From Eledone cirrhosa (Eukaryota), in the NCBI GenBank assembly GCA_964016885.1, contig OZ024750.1, positions 9,486,001-9,550,000 of the forward strand: 64,000 nucleotides of DNA. The letters are read 5' to 3'. Position 1 is the first letter of the stretch; each line of letters starts with the position of its first letter. A program made the position numbers and the translations under genes. The notes under the pieces are model-generated. The model did no database searches and had not been told where the DNA came from. It saw nothing but the letters and a program-made list of their open reading frames with translations. Below are positions 38,646 to 52,683 of the stretch, piece by piece.

Positions 38646-39423
38646 ATGACTATGGAAGGAAGCTGCAGTAGAGGAAGACCAAGAGATTATGAGAGCTGAC
38701 CTCAAATCACTGAGACTCATAGAGGAGATGACGAAGGATCTTGACGATGTTCTGAGAAGGACCTGTCCAACTCATGCAATGATGAGGATGAGGAGTTGAA
38801 GTTGAGGTCTTCTGCAACTAGAAAATTATTTTAAAATATCTAATGTAAGACTAGAAAAATATCCAGTGAAGAATAAAGGTAACCAAGTACAAATAGACAG
38901 AGAATATGAATTATATAAAAAAAATCTGTTTTCTGTTTTCAATGATGGCAACAAATATAAAATAAACAGACGTAACAGACAAATATGAAGAAGGGAAAAA
39001 ACAACAATAGAAACTATATAAAAAAACTGAAGATAAACTGAGATGATATTATGTCATGCTCAAATGTCATGAAAGTAAAGCCTTTACATGGCAAAAACTT
39101 GATGAGATTGAAATAAAACACAGGTGAATAAAGACAAAAAAAAACTTCAGAACTGACTGAGAAGTGTAGAACTCACAGCTAAGACAAATTATTTTTTTGT
39201 TGCTGTTACCTAAGATCAAAGACTACACACCTGAAACTACCAAATGTACACAATGAACTTAAATACAGTCAGTTACTATAAAATATGAGGAGGTTGTTAA
39301 GAAACAATCAATTTCAGTATATATCTAACTATACAGTCAGATATTATGCATTTCAAAAATTATCCTTTTTTTTTTTTCATTAGTGGTGCCCCAGCATGGC
39401 CTCAGCCAGAACAAGCAAATGAG

Positions 39424-39456
<33 letters not shown>

Positions 39457-39463
39457 GCATATA

Positions 39464-39516
39464 TATTGGGTCGTCAAGTATGAAATTTCTACAAATTTCA
39501 TACTTGACAACCTTAT
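39464..39516. mobile_element. Miniature mariner-like TIR-TIR palindrome
   Basis: GGTCGTCAAGTATGAAATTT-CTAC-AAATTTCATACTTGACAACC flanked by TA. Confidence 0.55.
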
Positions 39517-39527
39517 ATATATATATA

Positions 39528-39722
39528 TCAGATAGGGTGTGGTAAAATACCAAGTGGACCATAACCCACTAGAGTACTTGATACTTGGGGTTGTAGCGTG
39601 GTTAATATGAAAAGATTCAGGACCCCAACGGTTGAGTTCCAGCCATTTCGACAGCTAGATCCAAACAGTTTGGATCTAGATGTCGGTACGACTGGAGCTC
39701 AGCCATCGGGGTCCTGAATCTT

Positions 39723-39723
<1 letters not shown>
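39528..39723 (-). mobile_element. Half-hammerhead fold-back element, family H6
   Basis: IR ~39610-39723 centred on CTAGATCCAAAC-A-GTTTGGATCTAG; homologous to 24231-24400. Confidence 0.75.
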
Positions 39724-39751
<28 letters not shown>

Positions 39752-39754
<3 letters not shown>

Positions 39755-39946
39755 GGAACGAGTATGACCCCGACGACAGAGCTCAAGCCATTTCGACGGC
39801 TAATTCTGGACTAAATTAGCCATCGAAACGGCTTGAGCTCTGCCATCAGGGTCATACTTGTTCCTATTACCCACTCTACTACCCTAAGTATTGAGTACTT
39901 TCGTGCGTTATGGTCCATCTGGTTCCTTACCACATTTCCTTCGTTA
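39752..39946 (+). mobile_element. Half-hammerhead fold-back element, family H5
   Basis: IR 39752-39867 centred on GACGGCTAATT-CTGGACTA-AATTAGCCATC. Confidence 0.8.
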
Positions 39947-42446
39947 TATATATATATATATAGTGTTCTTTCCTAATTGGCAACAAAGAAAAAGAGAAGA
40001 TTTTAGATTTTAAAGAATTGAAATACCAAAACATAACATTTTTAAATTCTTTGCTCCCTGTTGTTCTGTTACTGCAAATCTCAGTGTGGTTCCATTGTTA
40101 TACAATGTTTTCATGTAATAATAGCTATTTCTACTTAGCTTGTATTTGCTTCTAAATTAAATGTGTTTTCTAGTTTCATTATCAGTTCTCCTGTCTTTGT
40201 TTTCAATTCTTTGCCAAAGGTCACAAATTCACATTTGATTTTCACTAATTATTAAGAATACTTCTCCTCTGTTCATTTTTAATTAGTGGTCATCTATTAT
40301 CTAAATATTTTCCATTAAGACTGACAGATTAACTTCTCAGTACTCAAGACCTCTCTGGTAGCATCTGGATAATCTGACATGACTAATTAGCATTTTGTGA
40401 TTGGAATAACCCTCTTACTTCTACAATAGGAAGATATTTAATTTTCTTTGTGTTAATTAACAAATAGCCGAGTGAAATCAAATCTCCATTTACCAGTCTT
40501 ATTGGATTAAGTCCACACTCTGTTTCAGTTAGAAAATCCAAATCAGAATTTGTGAATGAGTTGAACTGGTCAAGCAGATTTAAAAGGCTTTTTCACTTCA
40601 CCCTTTTACACTAGACTATATGATGTGAAGGTGCATGGCTTAGTGGTTAGAGCATTAAGCTTGCAATCATGAGGTTGTGAGTTCGATTCTAGAACCGTGT
40701 GGTGTGTTGTTCCAGTTTACTCACCCAGTTTCTGATTTAGGCACAAGGCCAACAATTTCAGGAAGGGGAAAATCAATTAAATCGACCCCGGTGCATTACT
40801 GGTACTTTAATTTATCGACCCTATCAGAATACAAATAATAAAATGAAAACGTCCTGTAGTTACAGAAAATATCACATCTCATTTTTTGGTTGATTAATTG
40901 CATGGTTCACTGGTTAGTTTGTAGATTAGTTGGTTGGTTGGTTGGTTGGCTGGTACACTTGTTAGCTGGCTGGCTGGTTAATGGTTTGACTGGTTAGTTG
41001 ATTGGTTAGCTGGCTGGTTAATTGTTTCACTAGTTAGTTAATAGCTTGCTTCACTGGTTAGTTGGTTCGTTTGTTAGCTGGTTGTTATTAAGAACACCAA
41101 CAACCAGCAATAGCTGATGCATCAACAACTATATAGTGTACCAAAGTTACATTGAAATGTGAGATATTTACGAGTGTATATATTTGTTGTTTTTTTTTAA
41201 ATTTACCCTTAAATTTAAGGAAATGGGGTGAATCAAAATTTGATTCCAGGAACATAAGTCAACACATCATACATTTAACCTTTCATCTACAAGCAGGGTT
41301 TCCCAAGCTGGGCGATTTCATGATGGATGGACGAACAGAAAATGGTGAGCATTTGGAAATTTTGGTGGATGATATAGGATTTTGAGTATTAAGAAGATAT
41401 TTCAACATAAGATGAACATTTTCAAAATGTCAATTGCATCAATTTCAACAACTGGATAGCTTGGGCTGAGCTGGAGCAAATTTTATCAGCAGAACTTTTC
41501 TCAAGAAATTGCAGATTCTGAAGCAATTATGGAAGGTTATTCAGCTCCTACAGTATAAAAGTTAGTGGCAACAAGTATCATACAACCTGTAGAAGTAGTT
41601 GAACCAGCTCTCAACTTTATACAATTCTACTCAGTTTGAAAATATCAAAAATAAATTCAAGTGTCAGCACTTGACTAATTTCGAAATGGATCTGAATTAG
41701 GAGTGAATATAATTTTGGAATTCCTTAGTATATCTGAGACAGATATTGAACTAATTAATTAGCTGAATAATCAACCGATTGATGGATTAATTAACTAATT
41801 AATAATACTGAAGTGAAACTCAACAAGTGCTTGCATTTTAATTGGTAGCGTGATCCTCCCAAGAGGAATCTTCAGTTGCGTCAGAGACATGACAATCTCA
41901 CTAGCGCTGGTGTCATGAAAATGCACTTGGGGCATTTTGCAGGAATGCATGTAAGTGATATGAGGACCCCCTCCCCCAGCCCCCTATCAGAGGTCATTAA
42001 CACCAATTAAGTGCTGACTTGGTTTGTGATCACCTGTCCAAATATTGCTAACGAGGAAAATGTATATTAAATTATGGTTTCTGATTTAAGCACAAGGCCA
42101 ACAATTTTGGTGAAGAGGAAAGTCAATTAAATCAACCCCTATGCCTTACTGGTACTTTATTTTATCGACATTCTTGTACAGAAGGCCCAAGTCAGATAGA
42201 CAGGTCATGTCAGGATGTCAGACAATTGACTACCAAAACTACTACAGCATGAAGAGCTGAGCCAGGGCAAGTGTTCAGTCAGCAAACTCAAGAAATGTTT
42301 CAAAGACAATTTAAAAGTGTCACCCAAAAATGTCAACATCAATCCCAATATATATATAAATATATATGTATATATATATGTATATATATATATATATGTA
42401 TATGTATATATATATATGTATATATATATAAATATGTATATGTATA

Positions 42447-42509
<63 letters not shown>

Positions 42510-42536
42510 GTATATATATATGTATATATATATATG

Positions 42537-42585
<49 letters not shown>

Positions 42586-42611
42586 GTATATATGTATATG
42601 TATATATATAC

Positions 42612-42785
42612 ATTGTAAATGTGGTTGGTGTTAGGAAGGGCATCCAGCTGTAGAAAACCCGCCAGACAGTCCTATGCGAGCAAGACAACCACTCTTGCCT
42701 CAAGTGGGAAAACCCCCGTCCAAACCCATGCAAGCGTGGAACACGGACGTTAAACGTTGATGATGATGATGATGATGATGATGAT
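42612..42785 (+). mobile_element. RTE 3' UTR fragment with (GAT)n tail
   Basis: Same subfamily as 658-900 and 53071-53230. Confidence 0.85.
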
Positions 42786-42956
42786 GTATATATCAAAAGT
42801 TAAAAGGTGCCTAGTATTTGTACACAGACAGATACACACAGACCGGCTTGCTTTTATATATATAGATATATATATACATATATATATAAACATATATATG
42901 TATATATATATATGTTTATATATATATGTATATATATATATATATGTATATATATG

Positions 42957-42993
<37 letters not shown>

Positions 42994-43054
42994 ATATATG
43001 TATATATATATATGTATATATATATATATGTATATATATGTATATATATATATG

Positions 43055-43111
<57 letters not shown>

Positions 43112-43126
43112 GTATATATATATATG

Positions 43127-43157
<31 letters not shown>

Positions 43158-43206
43158 GTATATATATGTATATATGTATATGTATATATATATATGTATA
43201 TATATG

Positions 43207-43255
<49 letters not shown>

Positions 43256-43260
43256 GTATA

Positions 43261-43305
<45 letters not shown>

Positions 43306-43330
43306 GTATATATATATGTATATATATATA

Positions 43331-43779
43331 TCTATATATATAAAAGCAAGCCGGTCTGTGTGTATCTGTCTGTGTACAAATACTAGGCGCCTTTTAACTT
43401 TTGAAGTACTAGGCCGATTTGCTTCAAGGAATGATATTTCTATGTCCAGTGGATGGTCAACGTGGTAGTGGCAGCGCCATCTTACACATAGGGTTTAGTC
43501 TACTGAAGGACATACGGTGCGTCTATTCCATCTTTATCCCCTTACTCATACCTACTACAGCAAGGCCGAACCTGAAATCATTCACGTCAATTAACTCAAG
43601 CTACCCCATGAATTGTTTTTATGTTGCCGTTTATTTCACTCAATCATGTCACTGTACACCCATTTTGTTAAACTGTTTTTTATAATTACATTTCAATTCT
43701 TTGCTCAACCTTTGACTCTCTTTATACGGACAAACAGACTGTCATTCATTGCCCGAGCAACGCCGGGTACATCTGCTAG
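43331..43779 (+). mobile_element. Non-autonomous Helitron
   Basis: A|TC start (TCTATATATATAAAAG), subterminal hairpin CCCGAGCAACGCCGGG, CTAG|T end. Confidence 0.85.
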
Positions 43780-44371
43780 TATATATATATATATTTGATT
43801 AAATTTTCGAAATACTAGATTTAATATGATGTGATTAAGTTGTTTGTTTTCACAGGCTTATAGAAATTTGGATGTTTTACTTCACATAAAATATTGCTTT
43901 ACATTTTCTATTCTATCGTTTTTGTATAGAAATGGAAAAGCAACAATTTATATAAACTAAAACATCTACATCCCTATATTGCCTGTGACACGAAACATCT
44001 TAATCACATCATATTTAATCTAATATTTCCAAAATCTCCACCTAAAATAGGTTTATTCAGTTTAATGTTGAAGAAAGGATAAACCAGAAACTCTGTACAA
44101 AGCAACTAAAATAACTGTAAGAGACGTTAAGTCTGTGCTATAGACTACTCAAGACTTTAACAGTATTACAGTTTCATTTCCCTAATGGACATTCAAAGCA
44201 GATAGCTTGGTTTAATGTCTCAAACTCTAGCAAATATTTTAGCAATTGCTTTTATTCTTATGTAGACTCCTAATGCCTTATTGACCAGACAGATATCTCA
44301 CTTTTGAGTACACTGAGTGAATGTATATATATATATATCAAACAAATTTCAACCACTCATCATTTCATCAT

Positions 44372-44433
<62 letters not shown>

Positions 44434-44934
44434 ATGTATATATATGTGTATGTATATATATATGGAATAAGACCCGTCCCACCCTTGCAAGCAGGGAAAA
44501 GCGGACGTAAAATGATGATGATGATGATGATATATATATATATGAGAGAGAGACAACACAATTGCTTTTTTTCCTCTCAATCAAAAATTTGAAAAAAATA
44601 TCTTTAAAATATCCTATTGATCTTATATTATAGTTATTCTATCTTAGAATCTTAAATATATATATGTACATCCATACTGTTGGCTTGGCTTATATATATA
44701 CTGGTAGCTTGGCTTGTCTATAGCTATATATACATCCATGCTGTTAGCTTGGCTTCTCTCTATATATATACATCCATACTGTTGGCTTGGCTTATATATA
44801 TATTCTGGTAGCTTGGCTTGTCTATATCTATATATACATCCATGCTGTTAGCTTGGCCTCTATATATAAATATATATATATATATATATAAAGAGAGGGA
44901 CACGAGAAATATATATATATATATAAATATATAT

Positions 44935-45410
44935 ATCATCATCATCATCATCATCATTTTACATCTGCTTTTCCCTGCTTGCAAGGGCTGGATGTGTCCT
45001 ATTCAGCACAGCATCTCTCCACCCATCACGGTCCTTCATCATCTCCTCGGTGAGTTTCAGCGATCTGAGGTCTGTTCTCCGCCCATGTTTTTCGTGGTCT
45101 ACCTCTACTGTGTCTTCCCTCCACTGGGACTTCCTGGCACTTCTTCACCCATCGGTCATCCTCCATGCGCATCACATGTTCATACCATCTCAGCCTTCTC
45201 TCCTGTACACCACAACTTATCCCTCTTATACCCAGTTTCTTTCTCAACTTGTCTATGCTTGGTCGTTCACGCACATTGACATTGCACATCGAACGGAGCA
45301 TACTTGCTTCATTTCTCTCCAGCCGTCGCATATCTTCTGCAGTTGCTACCCATGTCTCACTACCATGCAGCATCGCGCATCTCATACAGGCATCATATAA
45401 CCGTCCTTTC
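44935..45410 (-). mobile_element. RTE LINE 3' fragment
   Basis: ORF 45026..45385(-): MLHGSETW...RRLRWYEHVMRMED...GRPRKTW; (GAT)n tail. Confidence 0.9.
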
Positions 45411-45682
45411 GTATGCGGTATGTTCTCTGCGGTTTTTTTTTTCCTTTATTTCCCTTCTATTTGATTTTGTTTCTCTCTCCACGAGTTGTTGACGCACTGG
45501 AGTTAGACATATTGTCTTTAATGCATTGAAATGTCCGTGATCTCCAGCAGACAACTGAAGAGGGGATTGTCCCCTGTTTGTGCGTTCCTTTTATTTTTAA
45601 ATACACTTTATCAAGTAGCCACACAGCTCCCTGTTTCTCCCAAAATTTTTATTATTATATATATTTTTTTTTTCAATAATAA

Positions 45683-45903
45683 TAATGGATTCTGATTTAG
45701 GCACAAGGCCAACAATTGAAATGTTAGGGAAAGTTAATTAAACTCACCCCACTGCATGACTGGTACTTTATTTTATCAACAAACAATAAAGATGAAAGGC
45801 AAAGCTAAACTTCGCGAACTTAAAACTCAGAAGGTAAAGGGCCGTAACTCTATGCCACAAAGCATATTGTCTGACGTTCTACTGATTACTGCCAATCCAC
45901 CGA
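45683..45903 (-). mobile_element. SINE family B (diverged)
   Basis: Family B motifs. Confidence 0.75.
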
Positions 45904-46211
45904 CCTGGATAATAATAATAAGCCAAAGTGGGTACATCTAGATTGCTTGAAATAGTAGCTGAGTCTCCCTCAAATCTTAGCCTATCGTTTTTAAAAAATT
46001 CAAAAAGACACAATAGATAATATAGTCTAAGTGTTTACTAAGCAGAAGGGATGGTCATAGTTGGAATCCCAGATGACCTGCAGCTACACAACAACAACAT
46101 AGCAGCAGCAGTAGAACCAACAGCAACTGGACAACAGCAGCAAATGTGGCAGTTGCAGTTGTAGAGAGTTTAATAACATTTATTAACAGCATGCAGCAGC
46201 ATGCAGCAGTA

Positions 46212-46468
46212 ACACCATCATCATCATCACCATCTTCATCAACATCACCTTCATCATCACCATCATCATCACCATCATCACCTTCATCATCACCATCATC
46301 ACCTTCATCATCACCATCATCACCATCATCATCACTACTACCATCATTATCATCATCATCATCATCACCAACACCACCATCATCATCACCAACATCATCA
46401 CCATCACCATCACCACCATCATCATCACCATCATCATCACCATCACCATAATCATCATCACCATCATA
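46212..46468. repeat. (CAT/CAC)n repeat
   Basis: Direct inspection. Confidence 0.95.
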
Positions 46469-46568
46469 AACAGTGGCACCCAGACGAAGACAAGTCAAAG
46501 CTGGAGCAATAATATAAATTCTCTTACTTGAAAAAGTAGCAAAGCAGTTTCAAATAATAATAATAATA

Positions 46569-46782
46569 ATAATTGTTTCTACTTTTAGCACAAGGCCAGC
46601 AATTTGGGGGGAGGGGGAAAGTCGATTTAATCGACCCCAGTGTGTGACTGGTACTTTATTTTATCGAACCCCCTAAGGATGAAAGGCAAAGCTAACCTCG
46701 GCAGAATCTGAACTCAGAACGTAAAGGACCGTAACTCTGTGCTGCACAGCATGGTGTCTGATGCTCTACCGACCACTGCCAA
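46569..46782 (-). mobile_element. SINE family B
   Basis: Family B motifs with (TAT)n tail. Confidence 0.85.
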
Positions 46783-46912
46783 TAATAATAACAATAAATA
46801 ATACATAAATAAATAAAATAAAATTGTGCTCAGCAGAAACCAATTCTCAAGTTTGATATCATACTAAAAATATGTATGTATGTGTGTATATATATATATG
46901 TGTGTGTATGTA

Positions 46913-46943
<31 letters not shown>

Positions 46944-47001
46944 GATGGTGATGATTATATATATATATATATATGATGGTGATGATTATATATATATATA
47001 T

Positions 47002-47091
<90 letters not shown>

Positions 47092-47355
47092 GTATGTATA
47101 TATATGTGTGTGTATATATATAAATATATATAAATTCAACAGATGTCACTGGGTTGACATAGCGGGGTGGTTCACAAATTAGTGGGTGGGTGTGTGAGTG
47201 AGGAGTAAGGTACCCATGTCTACAACACCCCACCACCCACCCATCACTTCATTCCAAACCCACACATCTCCACCCCACCGCCCACCTATCACTTCACCCC
47301 CTCACTGTACAGACACCTATACCTGATTGTTTGGCATGTTACAAAATTTCATGAA

Positions 47356-49425
47356 TAGTGTGGTGTGGTGTGGTGTAGTGTGGTGTGGTGTGGTATAGTG
47401 TGGTGTGGTGTAGTGTGGTGTGGTGTGGTGTAGTGTGGTGTGGTGTGGTATAGTGTGGTGTGGTGTGGTGTGGTGTGGTGTGGTGTGGTGTGTGTGGTGT
47501 AGTGTGGTGTGGTGTGGTATAGTGTGGTGTGGTATGGTATGGTGTAGTGTAGTGTAGTGTAGTTTAGGGTGGTAATGTGTGATATAATGTGGTGAGGTGT
47601 AGTGTGGTGTGGTGTAGCGCAGTGTGACATAACGTGTTATAGTGTGATGTGGTGTGGTGTGGTGTTATGTAATGTGGTGTGACGTAATGTGTTATAGTGT
47701 GATGTGATGTGGTGTGATGTGGTGTGGTGTGGTATTATGTAATGTGGTGTGATGTAATGTGTTATAGTGTCATGTGGTGTGGCGTGGTGTGGCGTGGTGC
47801 TATGTAATGTGGTGTGATGTAATGTGTTATAGTGTCATGTGGTGTGGTGTGGCGTGGTGCTATGTAATGTGGTGTGACGTAATGTGTTATAGTGTGATGT
47901 GATGTGGTGTGGTGTGGTGTGGTGTGGTATTATGTAATGTGGTGTGATGTAATGTGTTATAGTGTGATGTGGTGTGGTGTGGTGTGGCGTGGTGCTATGT
48001 AATGTGGTGTGACGTAATGTGTTATAGTGTGATGTGGTGTGGTGTTGTGTGGCGTGGTGCTATGTAATGTGGTGTGACGTAATGTGTTATAGTGTGATGT
48101 GATGTGGTGTGGTGTGGTGTGGTATTATGTAATGTGGTGTGATGTAATGTGTTATAGTGTGATGTGGTGTGGTGTGGTGTGGCGTGGTGCTATGTAATGT
48201 GGTGTGACGTAATGTGTTATAGTGTGATGTGGTGTGGTGTTGTGTGGCGTGGTGCTATGTAATGTGGTGTGACGTAATGTGTTATAGTGTGATGTGATGT
48301 GGTGTGGTGTGGCGTGGTGCTATGTAATGTGGTGTGACGTAATGTGTTATAGTGTGATGTGATGTGGTGTGGTGTGACGTAATGTGTTATAGTGTGATGT
48401 GATGTGGTGTGGTGTGGCGTGGTGCTATGTAATGTGGTGTGACGTAATGTGTTATAGTGTGATGTGATGTGGTGTGGTGTGGCGTGGTGCTATGTAATGT
48501 GGTGTGACGTAATGTGTTATAGTGTGATGTGGTGTGACGTTATGTAATGTGGTGTGACGTAATGTGTTATAGTGTGATGTGGTGTTATGTAATGTGGTGT
48601 GACGTAATGTGTTATAGTGTGATGTGGTGTGACGTAATGTGTTATAGTGTGATGTGGTGTGGTGTTATGTAATGCGGTGTGACGTAATGTGTTATAGTGT
48701 GATGTGATGTGGTGTGGTGTGGCGTGGTGCTATGTAATGTGGTGTGACGTAATGTGTTATAGTGTGATGTGATGTGGTGTGGCGTGGTGCTATGTAATGT
48801 GGTGTGACGCAATGTGTTATAGTGTGATGTGGTGTGACGTTATGTAATGTGGTGTGACGTAATGTGTTATAGTGTGATGTGGTGTTATGTAATGTGGTGT
48901 GACGTAATGTGTTATAGTGTGATGTGGTGTGACGTAATGTGTTATAGTGTGATGTGGTGTGGTGTTATGTAATGCGGTGTGACGTAATGTGTTATAGTGT
49001 AATGTGGTGTGGTGTTATGTAATGCGGTGTGACGTAATGTGTTATAGTGTAATGTGGTGTGGTGTTATGTAATGCGATGTGACGTAATGTGTTATAGTGT
49101 GATGTGGTGTGATGTTATGTAATGTGGTGTGACGTAATGTGTTATAGTGTGATGTGGTGTGGTGTTATGTAATGTGGTGTGACGTAATGTGTTATAGTGT
49201 GATGTGGTGTGGTGTTATGTAATGTGGTGTGACGTACTGTGTTATAGTGTAATGTGGTGTGGTGTTATGTAATGTGGTGTGACGTAATGTGTTATAGTGT
49301 GATGTGGTGTGGTGTTATGTAATGTGGTGTGACGTAATGTGTTATAGTGTGATGTGGTGTGGTGTTATGTAATGTGGTGTGACGTAATGTGTTATAGTGT
49401 GGTGTGGTGTTATGTAATGTGGTTT
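47356..49425. repeat. Pentanucleotide (TGTGG)n-derived satellite with ~45-65-bp higher-order units
   Basis: TGTGG runs grading into recurring GTGACGTAATGTGTTATAGTGTGATGTGGTGTGGTGTTATGTAATGTG blocks. Confidence 0.95.
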
Positions 49426-50086
49426 GCTATGAGACAAAAAAAGATGCGAGAGGGAGGGGAAGAAATAAAGGAGGAGGTAGAACAGGTGGCTGGGTCGCTG
49501 GGTGGCTGGGTGAATAAGTGGCTGGGTGGCAGGGTGGCTGGGTAGCTGGGTGAATGGGTGGCAGGGTGGCTGGGTATCAGGGTGGTTGGGTGACTGGGTT
49601 GTTGGGTGACTAGGTAGCTGGGTGACTGGATAGCAGGGTGACTGAGTGACTGGGTGGCTGGGTGGCTGGGTGACTAGGTAGCTGGGTAGCTGGGTGATTA
49701 GGTAGCTGGGTGACTAGGTAGCTGGGTGACTGGGTGGTTGTCATGGTAAGGAAGTAAGGAAGGAAAGAAAAAAAAGGAAAAGAGAGAGAGAAGGTGCTTC
49801 CTTTGTCAGCTTTCACTTGCTACTCTGCATGCTAGGAAGCAGGAGAAAAGAATGAAAGAAAGCTTCTTCCTGTGATGGAAATTAGGATAGGATCAGCCTG
49901 ACCTAGACAGTAGCTGATAGAAGAAGGTGGAGTGGTGGGGTGGAGTGGCAGGGTGGAGTGGCGGGGTGGAGTGGTGGGGTGGAGAGGAGAAGCTAAGAGA
50001 GAGACTCTGCTTCACAAGTAGTTATTTTCTGTTGTGTTCTGCAGTTCTGCTAAGGATACACATATTTATATACATGTGTGTGTATA

Positions 50087-50121
<35 letters not shown>

Positions 50122-50184
50122 ATGTGTGTGTGTGTATATATATATAATATATGTGTGTGTGTATAATATATATATGTGTGCGTG

Positions 50185-50220
<36 letters not shown>

Positions 50221-50226
50221 AATATC

Positions 50227-50274
<48 letters not shown>

Positions 50275-50292
50275 CATATGTATGTGTGTGTG

Positions 50293-50360
<68 letters not shown>

Positions 50361-50976
50361 GTGTGTATATATATATATATAATGAATATGTATATATAAT
50401 TTATTGTATACATGTAAACACTATACTCTGCTTCTTTCTTCAAAGTATTGAGTACTTAGTAAACCAATGGTCTCACCAGTCTGCCATTTGTAATATCTTA
50501 TGCAGAACATTATTATGTTATCATAGTTTTTAAAGTCTACTTTTCTATGCTGACATCTGTTGGACTGAATTCTTTGAGGCAATGTTTTACAACCAGATAC
50601 CCTCCTCTCACTTCCCCTCCTGTCACCGCCCCTCTCACTTCCCCTCCTGTTACCACCCCTCTCAATTCCCCTTCTCACTTCCTCCCTCTCACTTCCCCTC
50701 CTGTCAATTCCCCCTCTCACTTCCCTCCTTCTCACTTCCCCCATCTCACTTCCTCCTCTTACTTCTCCCTTATGACATGCAGAGATATATAAGTACATAT
50801 ATATATTTATTTATTTATTTATATGTATGTATGTGTATGTGTGTGTATGTGTGTATATACGTGTGTGTGTATGTGTGTATATATATATGTGTGTGTGTGT
50901 GTATGTGTGTTATTGTATCAGTGTGTCTGTATGTTTGTTTGTCTCTGGTTCTTCATCTCTCTTCTCTCCATGTATG

Positions 50977-51290
50977 ATATCACCAACAGAGGCAGAAATA
51001 TCACCAGTAGAGGCAAGAATATCACCAACAGAGGCAGGAATATCACTAACAGAGGCAGGAATATCACTAACAGAGGCAGGAATATCACTAACAGAGGCAG
51101 GAATATCTCTAACAGAGGCAGGAATATCACTAACAGAGGCAGGAATATCTCTATAGAGGCAGGAATATCACTAGCAGAGGCAGGAATATCACTAACAGAG
51201 GCAGGAATATCACCAGCAGAGGCAGGAATATCACTAGCAGAGGCAGGAATATCACTAGTAGAGGCAGGAATATCTCTAGTAGAGGCGGTA
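50977..51290. repeat. 21-bp minisatellite (~15 copies)
   Basis: Unit AATATCACTAACAGAGGCAGG. Confidence 0.95.
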
Positions 51291-51534
51291 ATATTTGTTT
51301 ATATTCCACATAACCAGAGGTCCTGTTGCTGTCTATGGTTTGATGTGTAAAGATGCATACTTTAATTTTTAAAAAGCAAGTGATATTTAGTATCAGGAAT
51401 ATACTCTGGCTGTAGCCTCCCCTTTGCCATGAAACATCTTGTCAAACCCATGCCAGGATGAAAAAACAAACATAAAACTGATGATCATGATGTATAAATA
51501 TAATATTACATATATATAAATATTATATCTATTG

Positions 51535-51566
<32 letters not shown>

Positions 51567-51839
51567 TTGGGGAGGGTCATATTTGCGTAATATTGCCAGA
51601 ATTAATAACAGAACACACTCACTGTTTGGTTGGTTTTCGCTTCTCGCTGTCTTTTATATATATATATCTGCGATCTAACTTACTCGGTCCTCAATGTTGC
51701 CATTGACTGACCGGCGGTCAAAAATAATACAGATACAATATAGACAAACACATATATATATAGTTTACATAAATCTTTCGTTGCACATCTGCAACATCGT
51801 CAGTGGTGTTATATTCATTGTTCCTCCTGTTGTGTTGTA

Positions 51840-51886
<47 letters not shown>

Positions 51887-51987
51887 TCAGGTTATCAATA
51901 ATGTAGTGATAATATATCGTTACGTTAGAGATGAACAGCGTACGTGCAGGTTTGCTCAACGAGTATAAATTATATTCCGGAGAAATG

Positions 51988-52349
51988 TAGAAAGGATGAA
52001 TATAAAATGAAAGTGCTTTTGTTAAAAAAGGAATCTATTAGGTATTGACATATGTTTCTGTAACAGACCGAATACCTATGTATCGCTGCTTGCGTAATCA
52101 TATAATGTTAGCAAGTATTCGATAGCAAATGTATAATCAGTTGTCACTTCTTCAGAGATTTTGGATAAACTGTTTATCCAAAATCTCTGAAGAAGTGACA
52201 ACTGATTATACATTTGCTATCGAATACTTGCTAACATTATATGATTACGCAAGCAGCGATACATAGGTATTCGGTCTGTTACAGAAACATATGTCAATAC
52301 CTAATAGATTCCTTTTTTAACAAAAGCACTTTCATTTTATATTCATCCT

Positions 52350-52354
<5 letters not shown>
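51988..52354. repeat. Perfect 367-bp palindrome (183-bp arms, 1-nt centre at 52171) with hammerhead-like boxes
   Basis: No mismatch seen between the arms; each arm carries CTGAAGA and GAAA-C-ATAT-G-TC. Confidence 0.95.
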
Positions 52355-52389
<35 letters not shown>

Positions 52390-52683
52390 TATAATAACGT
52401 AGAAAATGGACATTAAATGATGATGATGATATATAATGTGTATATATATAATCATCATCATCATTTTAATGTCCATTTTCCTGCTAGGAAGGGTTATATG
52501 TAATATATAATTATATATATATATAAAAATAAATATACACGGGTGTGTATGATTGTGTATAGATTATATTAATAAAAGGAATGCCAACTTTGTCTGATTT
52601 ACTCGTTTTATTTACAATCCTTTAATATTATAATGATATTAGAATGAAATAGTATGGTAGAATATTAAATGTTAAGTGTTAAT

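Noticed and set aside
40380-40600. Minus-strand stretch resembling a LINE endonuclease N-terminus; similar weak RT/EN hints at ~21050-21230, ~25660-25740 and ~32950-33500
   Set aside because: Too degraded to assign by eye; needs tBLASTn or an HMM search.
45555-45575. CTGAAGA-GGGGA-TTG-TCCCC hairpin
   Set aside because: Looks like a hammerhead 5' half, but GAAA and stem I are absent; cannot be supported alone.
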